From NCBI GenBank assembly GCA_046543175.1, contig JBKGZY010000001.1:1-47041 (forward strand): DNA of 47,041 nt. Reading direction: 5' to 3'. Positions 1 to 9,946 of the stretch are shown here, one piece after another. Each line of letters opens with the position of its first letter. The stretch's first letter is position 1. The DNA is from Dichotomicrobium sp. GTDB lineage: Bacteria > Pseudomonadota > Alphaproteobacteria > Rhizobiales > Rhodomicrobiaceae. Position numbers and translations under genes: made by a program. The notes under the pieces were generated by a model. That model was not told the origin of the DNA, ran no database searches, and saw only the letters and a program-made list of their open reading frames with translations.

Positions 1-95
1 TCCTCAACGACGCGGCCCTTCGGAAATCCCGCTCGCTTCAGATCCAAAACCGTCAACAGCCATCCTTTCGCAGCACTTTGAAAGGGCTAAGCCAT

Positions 96-2225
96 TCAAA
101 GAAGTCCGGCCGCGCGCGCCCATCTGTATTTCGCCCCGAGCACTTCGACCGGCACTTCGGTCGTATAGGGATAAGCGACGATACCGTGGTCATAGAGCTT
201 GTCGCACGCCTCTTCGACCTCAACGTCGCCCACCAGAGACGCCACGATCGGCTTGTCAATGCCCTTGTTACGGGCCTCGGTCACGACCTCGATCATCTTG
301 TCGGCGAACACCATCGGGGGCGTCACGATCGTGTGCCAGTAGCCCAGAATGAGCGCGTGAATGCGTTCGTCTTCGAGGCCCAGCCGGACAGTATTCTGAT
401 ACGTAACCGGGGGCTCGCCGCCCGTAATGTCGACGGGGTTGCCCGCCGCGCCGAAGGGCGGGATGAATTCGCGGAAGGCCGCGTCCAGATCCTCCGGCAT
501 CTTCATCAGGTTCAGACCGTTGTCGTAGCAGGCGTCGGACAGGAGGACGCCCGAGCCGCCCGCGCCGGTGATGATGACGACATTCTCGCCCTTCGGCGTC
601 GGCAGGACCTGCAAGCCGCGCGCGTATTCCAGCATCGAGCGCAGTGACGGCGCGCGAATCACGCCGGCCTCGCGAAGCACGTCGTCATAGATCTTGTCGT
701 TGCCGGCCAACGCCCCGGTGTGGCTGGCGGCCGCTCGCGACCCGTAAGACGTGCGGCCTGCCTTGAGCATGATGACGGGCTTCTTCTTGGAGACCCGGCT
801 GGCGACCTCGGCGAAGGCGCGGCCGTCCTTGAGGTCCTCGCAATGCATGGCGATCGCCTGCGTGTTCGGATCCTGTTCGAAATAGACGAGCAGGTCGTCC
901 TCATCGAGATCGGCCTTGTTGCCCAGCCCGACGATGGCCGAGACTCCCATCTTGGTGGAGCGCGCAAACCCGATGATCGACATGCCGACGCCGCCCGATT
1001 GCGACGACAATGCCGCCTTGCCCTTGACGTCGAAGGGCGTGCAGAATGTCGCGCAGAGATTTTCCGGCGTGTAGTAGAAGCCGTAGATATTCGGCCCCAT
1101 GACTCGCACGTTATGCTTGCGCGCGGTGGCCAGAAGTTCGTCCTGAAGCTCCTGATTGTCGGTTTCGGCAAATCCGGACGGGATCATCACCGCGCCGGGG
1201 ATGCCCTTGCGGCCGACCTCCTCCATCGCCGCATTGCAAAGATGGGCCGGTACGGCGAAGACGGCGACGTCAATCTCGCCCGGATAGTCGAGCACCGAAC
1301 TGTAAGTCTGCACGCCGCAGACCGATGAAAGCTTCGGATGGACCGGCACGATGGTGCCCTGATAGCCGCCATTGATCAGGTTTCTCATGACGGAATTGCC
1401 GATCTTGCCTTCGGCCTCCGACGCGCCAATCACGGCGACCGCTTTCGGATGGAAGATCCGGTTCATCGCCGCCAGGATTTCCTCTTCCTTCGGCCGGTAG
1501 CGTTCCGCGCGAGCCTCCCAGTCGCAGACGATGCGCGCATCGACCGCCGTCGCGCCCCTGTCGGTCGCGAAGACCGGGTTGAGGTCGACCTCGACGATCT
1601 CGGGGAAGTCGGTCACCAGCTCGGACACCTTGACGATGACCTCCGCCAGCGCGCCGCGGTCAACGCCCGGCTGGCCGCGCACGCCTTTGAGTACCTCGGA
1701 CGCCTTGAGCCGGTCCAGCATGGATTCCGCGTCTTCCCTGGCGGCGGGGGCGAGCTGGAAGGTAATGTCCTTGAGAACCTCGACAAGAATGCCGCCCAGT
1801 CCGAAGGCGACGAGCTTGCCGAAGGAGGGGTCGGTGATCGAACCGACGATCACCTCGGTTGCCCCCGAGGGCATCATTTGCTGGACCTGGACACCTTCAA
1901 TGGCGGCGTCGGCCTTGTAGCGCTTGGCGTTATCGACAATGCTTTGGAACGCGGCGCGCGCCCTGTCCGCCGTTTCGACGCCGACCACGACACCGCCCGC
2001 ATCGGTTTTGTGCAGTATGTCCGGCGAAACGATCTTCATTACCACCGGAAAGCCCATTCCCGAGGCCAGTTCGGCCGCTTCGTCCGCCGTCCTGGCCAGC
2101 CCTTCGCGCGGCACCGGAATCCGGTAGGCATCGCAGACAAGCTTGGCTTCAGGCGCCGTGAGAGCGGTTCGTCCCGACGCCTTGACCTGATCAAGCACAT
2201 TCCGGACGGCCGATTTATCGCTCAT
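96..2225 (-). CDS. ADP-forming acyl-CoA synthetase (acetate--CoA ligase family), ATP-grasp domain fused N-terminal to the CoA-binding/ligase domains
   Basis: N-terminal ATP-grasp motifs (VMKIVSPDILHKTDAGGV, VEVDLNP); C-terminal half has VIGAS, GPNIYG, SQSGG and the phospho-His motif AASHTGALAG. Start moved to ATG 2225 behind a GGGAGG RBS. Directly downstream of frc. Confidence 0.9.
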   Translation of the reverse strand: MSDKSAVRNVLDQVKASGRTALTAPEAKLVCDAYRIPVPREGLARTADEAAELASGMGFPVVMKIVSPDILHKTDAGGVVVGVETADRARAAFQSIVDNAKRYKADAAIEGVQVQQMMPSGATEVIVGSITDPSFGKLVAFGLGGILVEVLKDITFQLAPAAREDAESMLDRLKASEVLKGVRGQPGVDRGALAEVIVKVSELVTDFPEIVEVDLNPVFATDRGATAVDARIVCDWEARAERYRPKEEEILAAMNRIFHPKAVAVIGASEAEGKIGNSVMRNLINGGYQGTIVPVHPKLSSVCGVQTYSSVLDYPGEIDVAVFAVPAHLCNAAMEEVGRKGIPGAVMIPSGFAETDNQELQDELLATARKHNVRVMGPNIYGFYYTPENLCATFCTPFDVKGKAALSSQSGGVGMSIIGFARSTKMGVSAIVGLGNKADLDEDDLLVYFEQDPNTQAIAMHCEDLKDGRAFAEVASRVSKKKPVIMLKAGRTSYGSRAAASHTGALAGNDKIYDDVLREAGVIRAPSLRSMLEYARGLQVLPTPKGENVVIITGAGGSGVLLSDACYDNGLNLMKMPEDLDAAFREFIPPFGAAGNPVDITGGEPPVTYQNTVRLGLEDERIHALILGYWHTIVTPPMVFADKMIEVVTEARNKGIDKPIVASLVGDVEVEEACDKLYDHGIVAYPYTTEVPVEVLGAKYRWARAAGLL

Positions 2226-2326
2226 CTGTTCCTCCCACTCCCGCCCTGCTGGCGGTTGACATTGACTTCCGACGGATTGAGTCGGCTCCAAGATGCCGAG
2301 GCACCACGCGCCAGCGCGGCGGCCCG

Positions 2327-3601
2327 TTATTCGGCCGCGCTCTGCTGCGGGGGCCGCGTTGCTCCCGTGGCATGGATCGAGGCGATCTCCTCGTTTGAAT
2401 AGCCGAGGACATCGGCGAGGATTTCATCCGTGTGCTCGCCGAGCAGCGGCGAACGCCTTACCTCGACTTCGCTACCCGACAGCTTGATGGGACAGCCGAC
2501 GCTGAGATATTTGCCGCGCTCGGGATGATCCACTTCGACAATCGTGCCGGTGCTGCGCAGCCCCTCATCCTCGGCGATCTCCTTCATCGACAGGATCGGG
2601 CCAACCGGAATGCCCAGCGGATTGCAGATCTCCATGACCTCGAACTTGGTCTTGGTCATGGTCCACTGCTCGATGGTATCGAACACTTCGTTCAGCCGCG
2701 GCAAGCGCGCCTCCGGCGTGGCATAGTCCGGGTCCGTCTTCCACTCCGGCTTGTCGATCACGTCACAGATCTTGTCCCACACCGGGGCCTGGGTAATGAA
2801 ATAGGTATAGGCGTTCGGGTCGGTCTCCCAGCCTTTGCATTTGAGAATTCGGCCCGGCTGTCCGCCGCCGGAATCGTTGCCGGCGCGTGGCACCGCGTCG
2901 CCGAAGCGAATTCCCTCGCCATACTGCGAATATTCCGTGAGCGGCCCGGCGGCGAGGCGCTGCTGGTCGCGCAGCTTGACACGGCAGAGATTGACGACGC
3001 CGTCCTGCATGGCCGCGAGCACGCGCTGGCCCTGCCCACCCTTCTCCCGCTGGAACAGCGCCGCCACGATGCCGAGCGCCAGATGAAGGCCAGTGCCGGA
3101 ATCGCCGATCTGCGCACCGGTCACCAGTGGCGGCCCGTCACGGAAGCCCGTGGTCGAGGCGGCCCCGCCGGCGCATTGCGCGACGTTCTCATAGACCTTG
3201 CAGTCCTCGTACTGACCGGGGCCGAAGCCTTTCACCGACGCCATGATCATGCCCGGATTGAGCCTCTGGATCTCTTCCCAACCGAAGCCCATGCGGTCCA
3301 GCGCGCCCGGCGCGAAATTTTCGACCAGAACATCGCAGGCCTTGATCAGACGCCTCAGCACCTCCTTGCCGGTCTCGTTCTTGGTATCGAGCGTGATGGA
3401 GCGCTTGTTGTGATTGAGCATGGTGAAATAAAGGCTGTCCACGCCGGGTTTGTCGACGAGTTGCTTGCGCGTGGCATCGCCGACGCCGGGGCGCTCCACC
3501 TTGATCACATCCGCCCCCAGCCACGCCAGGAGCTGGGTGCAAGTCGGCCCGGACTGCACATGGGTGAAGTCAAGGATTCTTACGCCTTCCAGGGCTTTCA
3601 T
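2327..3601 (-). CDS. frc: Formyl-CoA:oxalate CoA-transferase (family III)
   Basis: [37 protein letters not shown], catalytic Asp in QIGDSGTG, glycine loop [10 protein letters not shown]; GAGGA RBS; next to oxc. Confidence 0.95.
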   Translation of the reverse strand: MKALEGVRILDFTHVQSGPTCTQLLAWLGADVIKVERPGVGDATRKQLVDKPGVDSLYFTMLNHNKRSITLDTKNETGKEVLRRLIKACDVLVENFAPGALDRMGFGWEEIQRLNPGMIMASVKGFGPGQYEDCKVYENVAQCAGGAASTTGFRDGPPLVTGAQIGDSGTGLHLALGIVAALFQREKGGQGQRVLAAMQDGVVNLCRVKLRDQQRLAAGPLTEYSQYGEGIRFGDAVPRAGNDSGGGQPGRILKCKGWETDPNAYTYFITQAPVWDKICDVIDKPEWKTDPDYATPEARLPRLNEVFDTIEQWTMTKTKFEVMEICNPLGIPVGPILSMKEIAEDEGLRSTGTIVEVDHPERGKYLSVGCPIKLSGSEVEVRRSPLLGEHTDEILADVLGYSNEEIASIHATGATRPPQQSAAE

Positions 3602-3644
3602 CGCGTCCTCCGATCGTCAGGGAGTCGGCCCAGTTGGAACCGAG

Positions 3645-5387
3645 TTAATTCTTGGAGATCGTGCTTTGCGGATTCAGATTGCCGATGCGGCCGCTTTCTG
3701 TGCCGGCAGCTTCGTCGATGACGGCATTGATGAGCGTCGGTGTGCCGGCATCCATCGCCTCATTGACTGCACGGCTGAGTTCATCCGGCGAGGTGACATG
3801 GACGCCGACGCCGCCGAAGGCTTCCATCATTTTCTCGTAGCGGGCGTCCTTGACGAAGACCGTCGTACCGGGATCGCGCCCGGTCGGGTCGACATCGGTT
3901 CCGCGATAGATGCCATTATTGTTGAAGACGACCACGCAGACAGGCAGCTGGTAACGGCAGATCGTTTCGATCTCCATGCCGGAGAAGCCGAAGGCGCTGT
4001 CGCCGACGACCGCGAGGACCGGCTGACCTGTTTCGACAGCGGCGGCCACGGCAAACCCCATACCGATACCCATCACGCCCCAGGTACCGACATCGAGCCT
4101 CTTGCGAGGCTTGTACATGTCAATCACGGCGCGCGCGAAATCCAGCGTGTTGGCGCCTTCGTTGACGAGAATGGCGTCGGGCCGCTCCTTGATGACCGTA
4201 CGCAGGGCGCCCAGCGCACCGTGGAAATCCATCGGCACGTTATTGTTGCGCAGCCGCGGCGCCATTTTCGCGATATTGCCCTCGACCTTCTCCCGGACGG
4301 CGGTGATCCATTCGGCAGGCGGCGCCTGCCAGTTCTCGCCCATGCCATCCAGGAGGGCGGAAACGCAGGAGCCGACATCGCCGACAAGGGGGGCCGCGAT
4401 CTCGACATTCGAGTCCATTTCCTTGGGCTCGATATCGATCTGGATGAACCGCTTGGGCTCATCTCCCCATGCCTTGCCCTTGCCGTGCGACAGCAGCCAG
4501 TTGAGGCGCGCGCCGATCAGCATCACCACGTCGGACTCCTTGAGCACAAGTGAGCGCGCCGCGCCGGCGGATTGCGGGTGGTTGTCGGGCAGCAGCCCCT
4601 TGGCCATGCTCATCGGCAGGTACGGAATTCCGCATTTCTCGATCAGGGCGCGGATCTCGTCATCGGCCTGCGCGTAGGCGGCCCCCTTGCCGAGAATGAT
4701 CAGCGGGCGCTTGGCGCTCTTCAGAAGGTCGAGTGCGCGCGTCACGGCCTGCGGCGCCGGGATCTGGCGCGGCGCGGGATCGATGACCTTGACAAGCGAG
4801 GCGGCCCCGGCTTCGGCGTCCATCGTTTCTCCGAGAAGCTTCGCCGGCAGGTCGAGATAGACCCCGCCCGGCCGTCCCGAGCAGGCCGCGCGTATGGCCC
4901 GGGCCACGCCGATACCGATATCCTCGGCGTGCAGCACACGATACGCCGCCTTGCAGAACGGCTTGGCAACGGCGTACTGGTCCATCTCTTCGTAATCGCC
5001 CTGCTGCAAATCGACGATCTCGCGCTCGGAAGAGCCGCTGATGAGGATCATCGGGAAGCAGTTCGTCGTGGCATTGGCGAGTGCCGTCAGGCCGTTGAGA
5101 AAGCCGGGAGCGGATACCGTCAGGCAGATCCCCGGCTTTTGCGTCAGGAAGCCCGCGATCGCGGCTGCATTGCCGGCATTCTGCTCATGCCGGAAGGAGA
5201 GCACGCGCATGCCTTCGGCCTGGGCGAGTCGCCCGAGATCGGTGATTGGAATGCCCGGCACGCCGTAAATGGTATCGATGTCATTAAGCTTGAGCGCATC
5301 AATGACAAGATGAAAACCGTCCGTCAGCGCGCGCTCGGTGCGGGCTCCATCCCCCCCCGATTCCGTACTCTGCGCTATTGCCGACAT
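3645..5387 (-). CDS. oxc: Oxalyl-CoA decarboxylase (ThDP-dependent)
   Basis: [36 protein letters not shown], ThDP motif [11 protein letters not shown]...NNNGIY, C-terminal [12 protein letters not shown]. Confidence 0.96.
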   Translation of the reverse strand: MSAIAQSTESGGDGARTERALTDGFHLVIDALKLNDIDTIYGVPGIPITDLGRLAQAEGMRVLSFRHEQNAGNAAAIAGFLTQKPGICLTVSAPGFLNGLTALANATTNCFPMILISGSSEREIVDLQQGDYEEMDQYAVAKPFCKAAYRVLHAEDIGIGVARAIRAACSGRPGGVYLDLPAKLLGETMDAEAGAASLVKVIDPAPRQIPAPQAVTRALDLLKSAKRPLIILGKGAAYAQADDEIRALIEKCGIPYLPMSMAKGLLPDNHPQSAGAARSLVLKESDVVMLIGARLNWLLSHGKGKAWGDEPKRFIQIDIEPKEMDSNVEIAAPLVGDVGSCVSALLDGMGENWQAPPAEWITAVREKVEGNIAKMAPRLRNNNVPMDFHGALGALRTVIKERPDAILVNEGANTLDFARAVIDMYKPRKRLDVGTWGVMGIGMGFAVAAAVETGQPVLAVVGDSAFGFSGMEIETICRYQLPVCVVVFNNNGIYRGTDVDPTGRDPGTTVFVKDARYEKMMEAFGGVGVHVTSPDELSRAVNEAMDAGTPTLINAVIDEAAGTESGRIGNLNPQSTISKN

Positions 5388-5423
5388 TTCGCATCCTCCC
5401 GTTCAGCAGCGCTCATCGGCCAA

Positions 5424-6110
5424 TCAATCGAGATCGACATGGTGTTCGACATGGTCACGAAGCTTCAGCGTGTGCTCGCGCACCAGACGTTCCGCCCGTT
5501 CCGTGTCGCGAGCTTCGAGAGCGGCAATGATTTCCTTGTGATCCTCAATGGAGCGTTTGACCCGTTCATTCTCGAAAATCGTCCGGTGCCGGATGGCGCG
5601 CACGTGGAAGAACAGGCCGTTGGTGATCTTTGCGATCAGGGAACATCCGCCGAAGCCGATTATCGCCTGGTGAAACCGAATATTGGCGTCTGAATATTCG
5701 CCCGTCCTCTGCGCAACCTCGTCAGTGTCGAAGTCGTCAACCAAGCGATGGAGGCTGGCCAGTTCCTCATCGGAAGCCCTCATGGTGGCGAGGCGGGCAG
5801 CCATGCTCTCAAGCGCGGCCCAGACCGTAATCATGTCGAGGATTTCGGCCTTGGACTTGCGGACAATGTAGATGCCGCGGCGCGGCACGATCTTGATCCA
5901 TCCCTCCTGATCAAGACGTGCGAGCGCCTCGCGAAGCGGTGTGCGGCTGATACCGAGCTTTTCCGACAACTGGCGCTCGTCCAGCCGCAAATCCGCGCCT
6001 TCATCGTAGATATTCATGTTTTGAATCGCGCTCTTGAGCGATTCATAGATTCTGGATCTGAGACTGAACGTCTCGTCGATCGGCTTTATATCGATCTGAA
6101 GGTCGGCCAT
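5424..6110 (-). CDS. GntR/FadR-family transcriptional regulator (wHTH + FCD), probable oxalate-locus regulator
   Basis: LDERQLSEKLGISRTPLREAL HTH and FCD domain (NIRFHQAI, EDHKEII). Real start is ATG 6110; the rest of the 782-aa ORF is an off-frame shadow of tctA. Confidence 0.92.
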   Translation of the reverse strand: MADLQIDIKPIDETFSLRSRIYESLKSAIQNMNIYDEGADLRLDERQLSEKLGISRTPLREALARLDQEGWIKIVPRRGIYIVRKSKAEILDMITVWAALESMAARLATMRASDEELASLHRLVDDFDTDEVAQRTGEYSDANIRFHQAIIGFGGCSLIAKITNGLFFHVRAIRHRTIFENERVKRSIEDHKEIIAALEARDTERAERLVREHTLKLRDHVEHHVDLD

Positions 6111-6178
6111 GTTCCGCCTCGACGAATCCGAAAGCCGGCGCGCCCGGCCCTGCCGGTCGGGCGCGCCGCCTGGTTCAC

Positions 6179-6195
6179 TGGAATACCATACACCA
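6179..6195. promoter_or_regulatory. Putative GntR operator upstream of gntR-oxc-frc
   Basis: TGGAATACCATACACCA; near-identical to the reverse complement of 9830-9846 (TGGCATACCAAATACCA); contains an imperfect TGG(T)ATACCA palindrome. Confidence 0.6.
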
Positions 6196-6268
6196 CGGCT
6201 GCGATTCCATGCAACCGAAAATGGCTGAAATCCATCGGTTTCACGGTCTTGCGCATTTCTCGCTCCGT

Positions 6269-7804
6269 CTACTCGCCGGCTTCCACGGCGTCTGCCTGCC
6301 GACGCTTGCGCATCCAGTACCAGAGCAGCCGGAACACCGGCAGCAGGAACAAAGCAATGGCCACGAGAAGAAGCCCCAACGAGATGGGACGGCTGAAGAA
6401 GATCGCCATTGATCCGTCGCTCATGATGAGGCTCTGCCGCAACGCCTCCTCGGTGGGATAACCGAGCACCAGCGCCACGACGAGGGGCGCCAGCGGGTAC
6501 TGAAGTCGTCGTAGAATGAAGCCCAGGATGCCGAAGATGAGCACGTACCAGACATCGAGCAGCGAGTTCTGGATGGCGTAGGCGCCGACGAAGCAGAAGA
6601 CGATGATGACCGGCGCCATGATCGCATAGGGCGTACGCAGCATCATCGCCAGAAGCGGCGTGGCGGTGAGGCAGATGACGAGCGCCGCCACATTCGCCAG
6701 ATAAAGGCTGGCGATGAAGGCCCAGACGAACTCGGGTTCGTCGACGAACAGGCGCGGCCCCGGCACGAATCCCCACATAAAGACGCCGGCCATCAGGATC
6801 GCGGCGGTGGGCGAGCCGGGGATGCCGAGCACCAGCATGGGAAGGATCGCCGCCGTTCCGGCGGAGTTGTTGGCCGCCTCCGGGGCCACGACGCCTTCCA
6901 CGGCGCCCTTGCCGAAACGTTCCGGATGGCGCGAGAAGCGCTGGGCGAAGCCATAGGCGATAAAAGAGGCCGGTGTGGCGCCCGCGCCGGGCAGGACGCC
7001 GGTCACGAAGCCGAGCACCGCCGAGGACACCGCCAGCCAGAAATTCCTGAGCACAGCCCGCACACCGGCGGTAATGTCGTGCAGCCCCAGCTTGGCGGCG
7101 CGCGTGACCTCCTCGATCTGCACCTTGTAGCGGTCGGCCGCGTTGCTGAGCACCTCGCCGACGCCGAACAAGCCGATGGTGATGGGCACGAAATGAAATC
7201 CCTGCATCAGCGCGATGGTGTCGAAGGTCAGCCGCGGCGCCCCCGTGACCACGTCGAGGCCAACGGTGGACAGCAGAAAGCCGGCCGCGATCATGACCAC
7301 CGCCTTGGCCGGTTGGCCGCCCATGCCGACGAACGTGCCGAAAGCGATCATCAGCACCGAGAACATCTCCGGCGGGCCGAAGCGCAGCGCCATCTCGGCA
7401 AACGGGACGGCGAAGAAGGTGAACAATACGGCGGCGATAATTGCGCCCACGAAGGACACGCAGAAGCCCACCGACATGGCCAGCCCCGCCTTGCCCTGCA
7501 GGGCCAGCGGCCGCCCGTCGAACATGACGGCGACGGACCATGGATTGCCCGGTACCGCGAACAGGATCGACGTGATGAGACCGCCATACATGGCCCCCCA
7601 GTAGATGCCCGCCAGCAGCACCAGCGCGGAGACCGGCTCCAGGAAGACGCTGATCGGCAGAAGAATGGCGACGCCGGTAGTGCCGCCAACGCCTGGCAAC
7701 ACGCCCACGAGCAGCCCCAGGACGACGCCCAGCAGCACGAAGGCCAGCCGGCTCGGGTCCATCAAGGCCCACATGCCGGTCATGAGTAGGTCTATCGCTT
7801 CCAT
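6269..7804 (-). CDS. tctA: Tripartite tricarboxylate transporter large permease TctA
   Basis: GVLPGVGGTTGVAILLP, IYWGAMYGG, VAPEAANNS, LGIPGSPTAA; very hydrophobic, 511 aa. Confidence 0.93.
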   Translation of the reverse strand: MEAIDLLMTGMWALMDPSRLAFVLLGVVLGLLVGVLPGVGGTTGVAILLPISVFLEPVSALVLLAGIYWGAMYGGLITSILFAVPGNPWSVAVMFDGRPLALQGKAGLAMSVGFCVSFVGAIIAAVLFTFFAVPFAEMALRFGPPEMFSVLMIAFGTFVGMGGQPAKAVVMIAAGFLLSTVGLDVVTGAPRLTFDTIALMQGFHFVPITIGLFGVGEVLSNAADRYKVQIEEVTRAAKLGLHDITAGVRAVLRNFWLAVSSAVLGFVTGVLPGAGATPASFIAYGFAQRFSRHPERFGKGAVEGVVAPEAANNSAGTAAILPMLVLGIPGSPTAAILMAGVFMWGFVPGPRLFVDEPEFVWAFIASLYLANVAALVICLTATPLLAMMLRTPYAIMAPVIIVFCFVGAYAIQNSLLDVWYVLIFGILGFILRRLQYPLAPLVVALVLGYPTEEALRQSLIMSDGSMAIFFSRPISLGLLLVAIALFLLPVFRLLWYWMRKRRQADAVEAGE

Positions 7805-7880
7805 CGTCGATTCCCGTCGTCCTCGTTTTGTTGGTTGTTCCCGTTGGCCCGGAGGTCGCCCGTTTGCAGGCGGCCGTCGG

Positions 7881-8378
7881 TCAGAACGGCAAGATGTTCG
7901 TGCGGTAGAACACGCTCATGGGCATGGAGATGTTGAATCCTTCCCGCAGCAACATCCAGAGAATGAAGGGGAACAGAATCCCGCCCGTCAGCGCCGAGTA
8001 CCATCGGAACTGGCCGTACCAGAACATAAAGAAGGCCAGGTACAGGCCGGTGGTGAGGTAAATGCCGAGCCAGGGAATGAGAGCGGTCGCCGCAGCGATC
8101 GGCAGACCGACGCTGAGAAGGTCCTTCACTTCCTGCGCCACCTCGAAGAAGGGGCGCTCGTCGGGATTGCGATAGACATGGACAAACACGCCCAGCGTCC
8201 CGAGGATCAATAGTACAGAAAGAGAAAAGGGAAAGAAGCCGGGGGCTGGACCGCTTGCGCCCCATCCAGCCCCCAATTCGATCGACTCGGAAACGAGGAA
8301 GGCGCCCAGCACAAGTAGAAGGACAGCTATTCCTATTTCTACCCGCTTGTATTGAAGCCATGGCCAGATGGGCGCCAT
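7881..8378 (-). CDS. tctB: Tripartite tricarboxylate transporter small subunit TctB
   Basis: About 4 TM helices, GWGASGPAPGFFP motif, GGAGGA RBS, lies between tctC and tctA. Confidence 0.88.
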   Translation of the reverse strand: MAPIWPWLQYKRVEIGIAVLLLVLGAFLVSESIELGAGWGASGPAPGFFPFSLSVLLILGTLGVFVHVYRNPDERPFFEVAQEVKDLLSVGLPIAAATALIPWLGIYLTTGLYLAFFMFWYGQFRWYSALTGGILFPFILWMLLREGFNISMPMSVFYRTNILPF

Positions 8379-8435
8379 ATTTATTCCTCCCCGGTCTTGT
8401 CTGAAGCCTGATCTATCGGCTTTCTCGATTCCGGC

Positions 8436-9482
8436 CTACTCGTGCTCGACCAGGTCGTCGCGGAGCTCCCAGCTATACACGTCGCGCATCATGCGCACGT
8501 GGTTTTTCTCAAAGCCGACGAGAAACTCCTTGTAGCCGTCAGGACCGCGGAAGGTCGGCACCATGCCGTTCTTCTTCATGAAATCCTGCCAGCGATCGGA
8601 CTCGAAGACCTTTTGGAACAGATCGCGATACCACTCCTTGGCTTCCTCGGGCATGTTGGGCGGGCCAACCAGACCGCGCACCTGATGCAGCCCTGTCTCC
8701 AGATCGAGAAGCTTGGCGTATTCGTTATCGTTATCGGTTCCGACCTCGGCTTCCCAATGGGTTGGGGTGTCGGGGAATGTCGGATGACGGTCCTTGGCGA
8801 ACATTAGGATGGGATGCATCCTCTCCGGATAATGCGGCATCCCCTCAGCGGGCTGGTTAACGCTGAAGTCGGCGTGTCCGCCGGCCACCTGCGAAGCCAC
8901 GTCGCCGCCGCCCGACTGCGGCACGTACCGGAAGTCTTCGCAACCGGCCGCTTCCTCAAGAATGCCGATCTGGATCTCGTCTTCCTGACGGGCGCCGGTT
9001 CCGACTGCGGTCAGCCGTTCCTCCTGGCACTTGGCCTGGAACTCCTCCCAGCTTTCGTACCTGTCCGGATTAACCCACAGCAGGAAGGGATCGGTGGTCA
9101 TTTGCGCCACAGGCGTGAGATCCTGCGACGGATACATCACCGGAATCTTCTGCTGCAGCGGCGTTGTGATGATGCTGTTCAGCGTCGGAGTGAGATAATG
9201 AGGATCGCCGTCCTGCTGATACAGATAGGTCAGCGCAACGGCGCCCGCGCCGCCGGGCATGTTGACCGGTGTGACCGGCACCGGAGAAAGGTCAAGCTCG
9301 TCGATGATGCCGAGCCACAGACGGGTGTAGATGTCCGAGCCGCCGCCTGGCGAAGTCTGGATGACGAACTCAATGGCGCGCTCGGGCTCCCAGCCTTTTG
9401 CCTGAGGCGGGGCGGCGAGAGCGGTTACGCCGAACGCCAGCACGAGGCATAGTCCCAGCACAGTGCGTCGTGTGCTTCGCAT
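8436..9482 (-). CDS. tctC: Tripartite tricarboxylate transporter substrate-binding protein TctC (Bug family)
   Basis: Signal peptide, SPGGGSD and NMPGGAGA motifs, GGGAGG RBS. Confidence 0.9.
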   Translation of the reverse strand: MRSTRRTVLGLCLVLAFGVTALAAPPQAKGWEPERAIEFVIQTSPGGGSDIYTRLWLGIIDELDLSPVPVTPVNMPGGAGAVALTYLYQQDGDPHYLTPTLNSIITTPLQQKIPVMYPSQDLTPVAQMTTDPFLLWVNPDRYESWEEFQAKCQEERLTAVGTGARQEDEIQIGILEEAAGCEDFRYVPQSGGGDVASQVAGGHADFSVNQPAEGMPHYPERMHPILMFAKDRHPTFPDTPTHWEAEVGTDNDNEYAKLLDLETGLHQVRGLVGPPNMPEEAKEWYRDLFQKVFESDRWQDFMKKNGMVPTFRGPDGYKEFLVGFEKNHVRMMRDVYSWELRDDLVEHE

Positions 9483-9661
9483 TTGTTTCCTCCCTGTTTT
9501 TTTTATCGGAACCGCGGAATGCGCTTCCAGGAAACGAACGATCGCGACGTCATTTCGTTAGACTGAATGAGCCTATCGCTGATCGCCAAGGGATCCGGCC
9601 AGCAAGGCCGTCCTCCTTTGACGGATGGTAAATGTCACGTTTCACCTATCCGCGAGTCCAC

Positions 9662-9678
9662 CGTATACCAGGATACCA
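9662..9678. promoter_or_regulatory. Putative GntR operator upstream of tctC
   Basis: CGTATACCAGGATACCA, two ATACCA half-sites as in the other two boxes; lies just inside a minus-strand TTGTCA possible -35. Confidence 0.5.
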
Positions 9679-9821
9679 GACTTGACAATCCCTTGGGACG
9701 GACCACGGCTCCAGCCGCCCAATCCGCCCTTTTTTGATACCAAGTTCGGCGCCAGGCTTCGGGCTCACGGGATTTGCAATAGTGTTTCGACCGCGGAAAT
9801 TGCCTCGACAGGAGGTCCGCA

Positions 9822-9850
9822 TTGACCTATGGTATTTGGTATGCCAATAG
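9822..9850 (+). promoter_or_regulatory. Putative sigma70 promoter of the sucCD-like operon with an overlapping GntR operator
   Basis: TTGACC (9822-9827) followed by the box TGGTATTTGGTATGCCA (9830-9846) across the spacer; the -10 match is weak. Confidence 0.5.
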
Positions 9851-9946
9851 GCCAAGACAGTGGTTCTGAAAGCGCTATGTCCTTGTGGACCCTGTGAACT
9901 TTAGGATGGGCCTGAACGAGCGGACGATGCGGGAGGAGGACGACTC

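Noticed and set aside
6111-7772. Long N-terminal extension of the GntR ORF (782 aa)
   Set aside because: Off-frame overlap with tctA giving Arg/Gly-rich nonsense; the real start is 6110.
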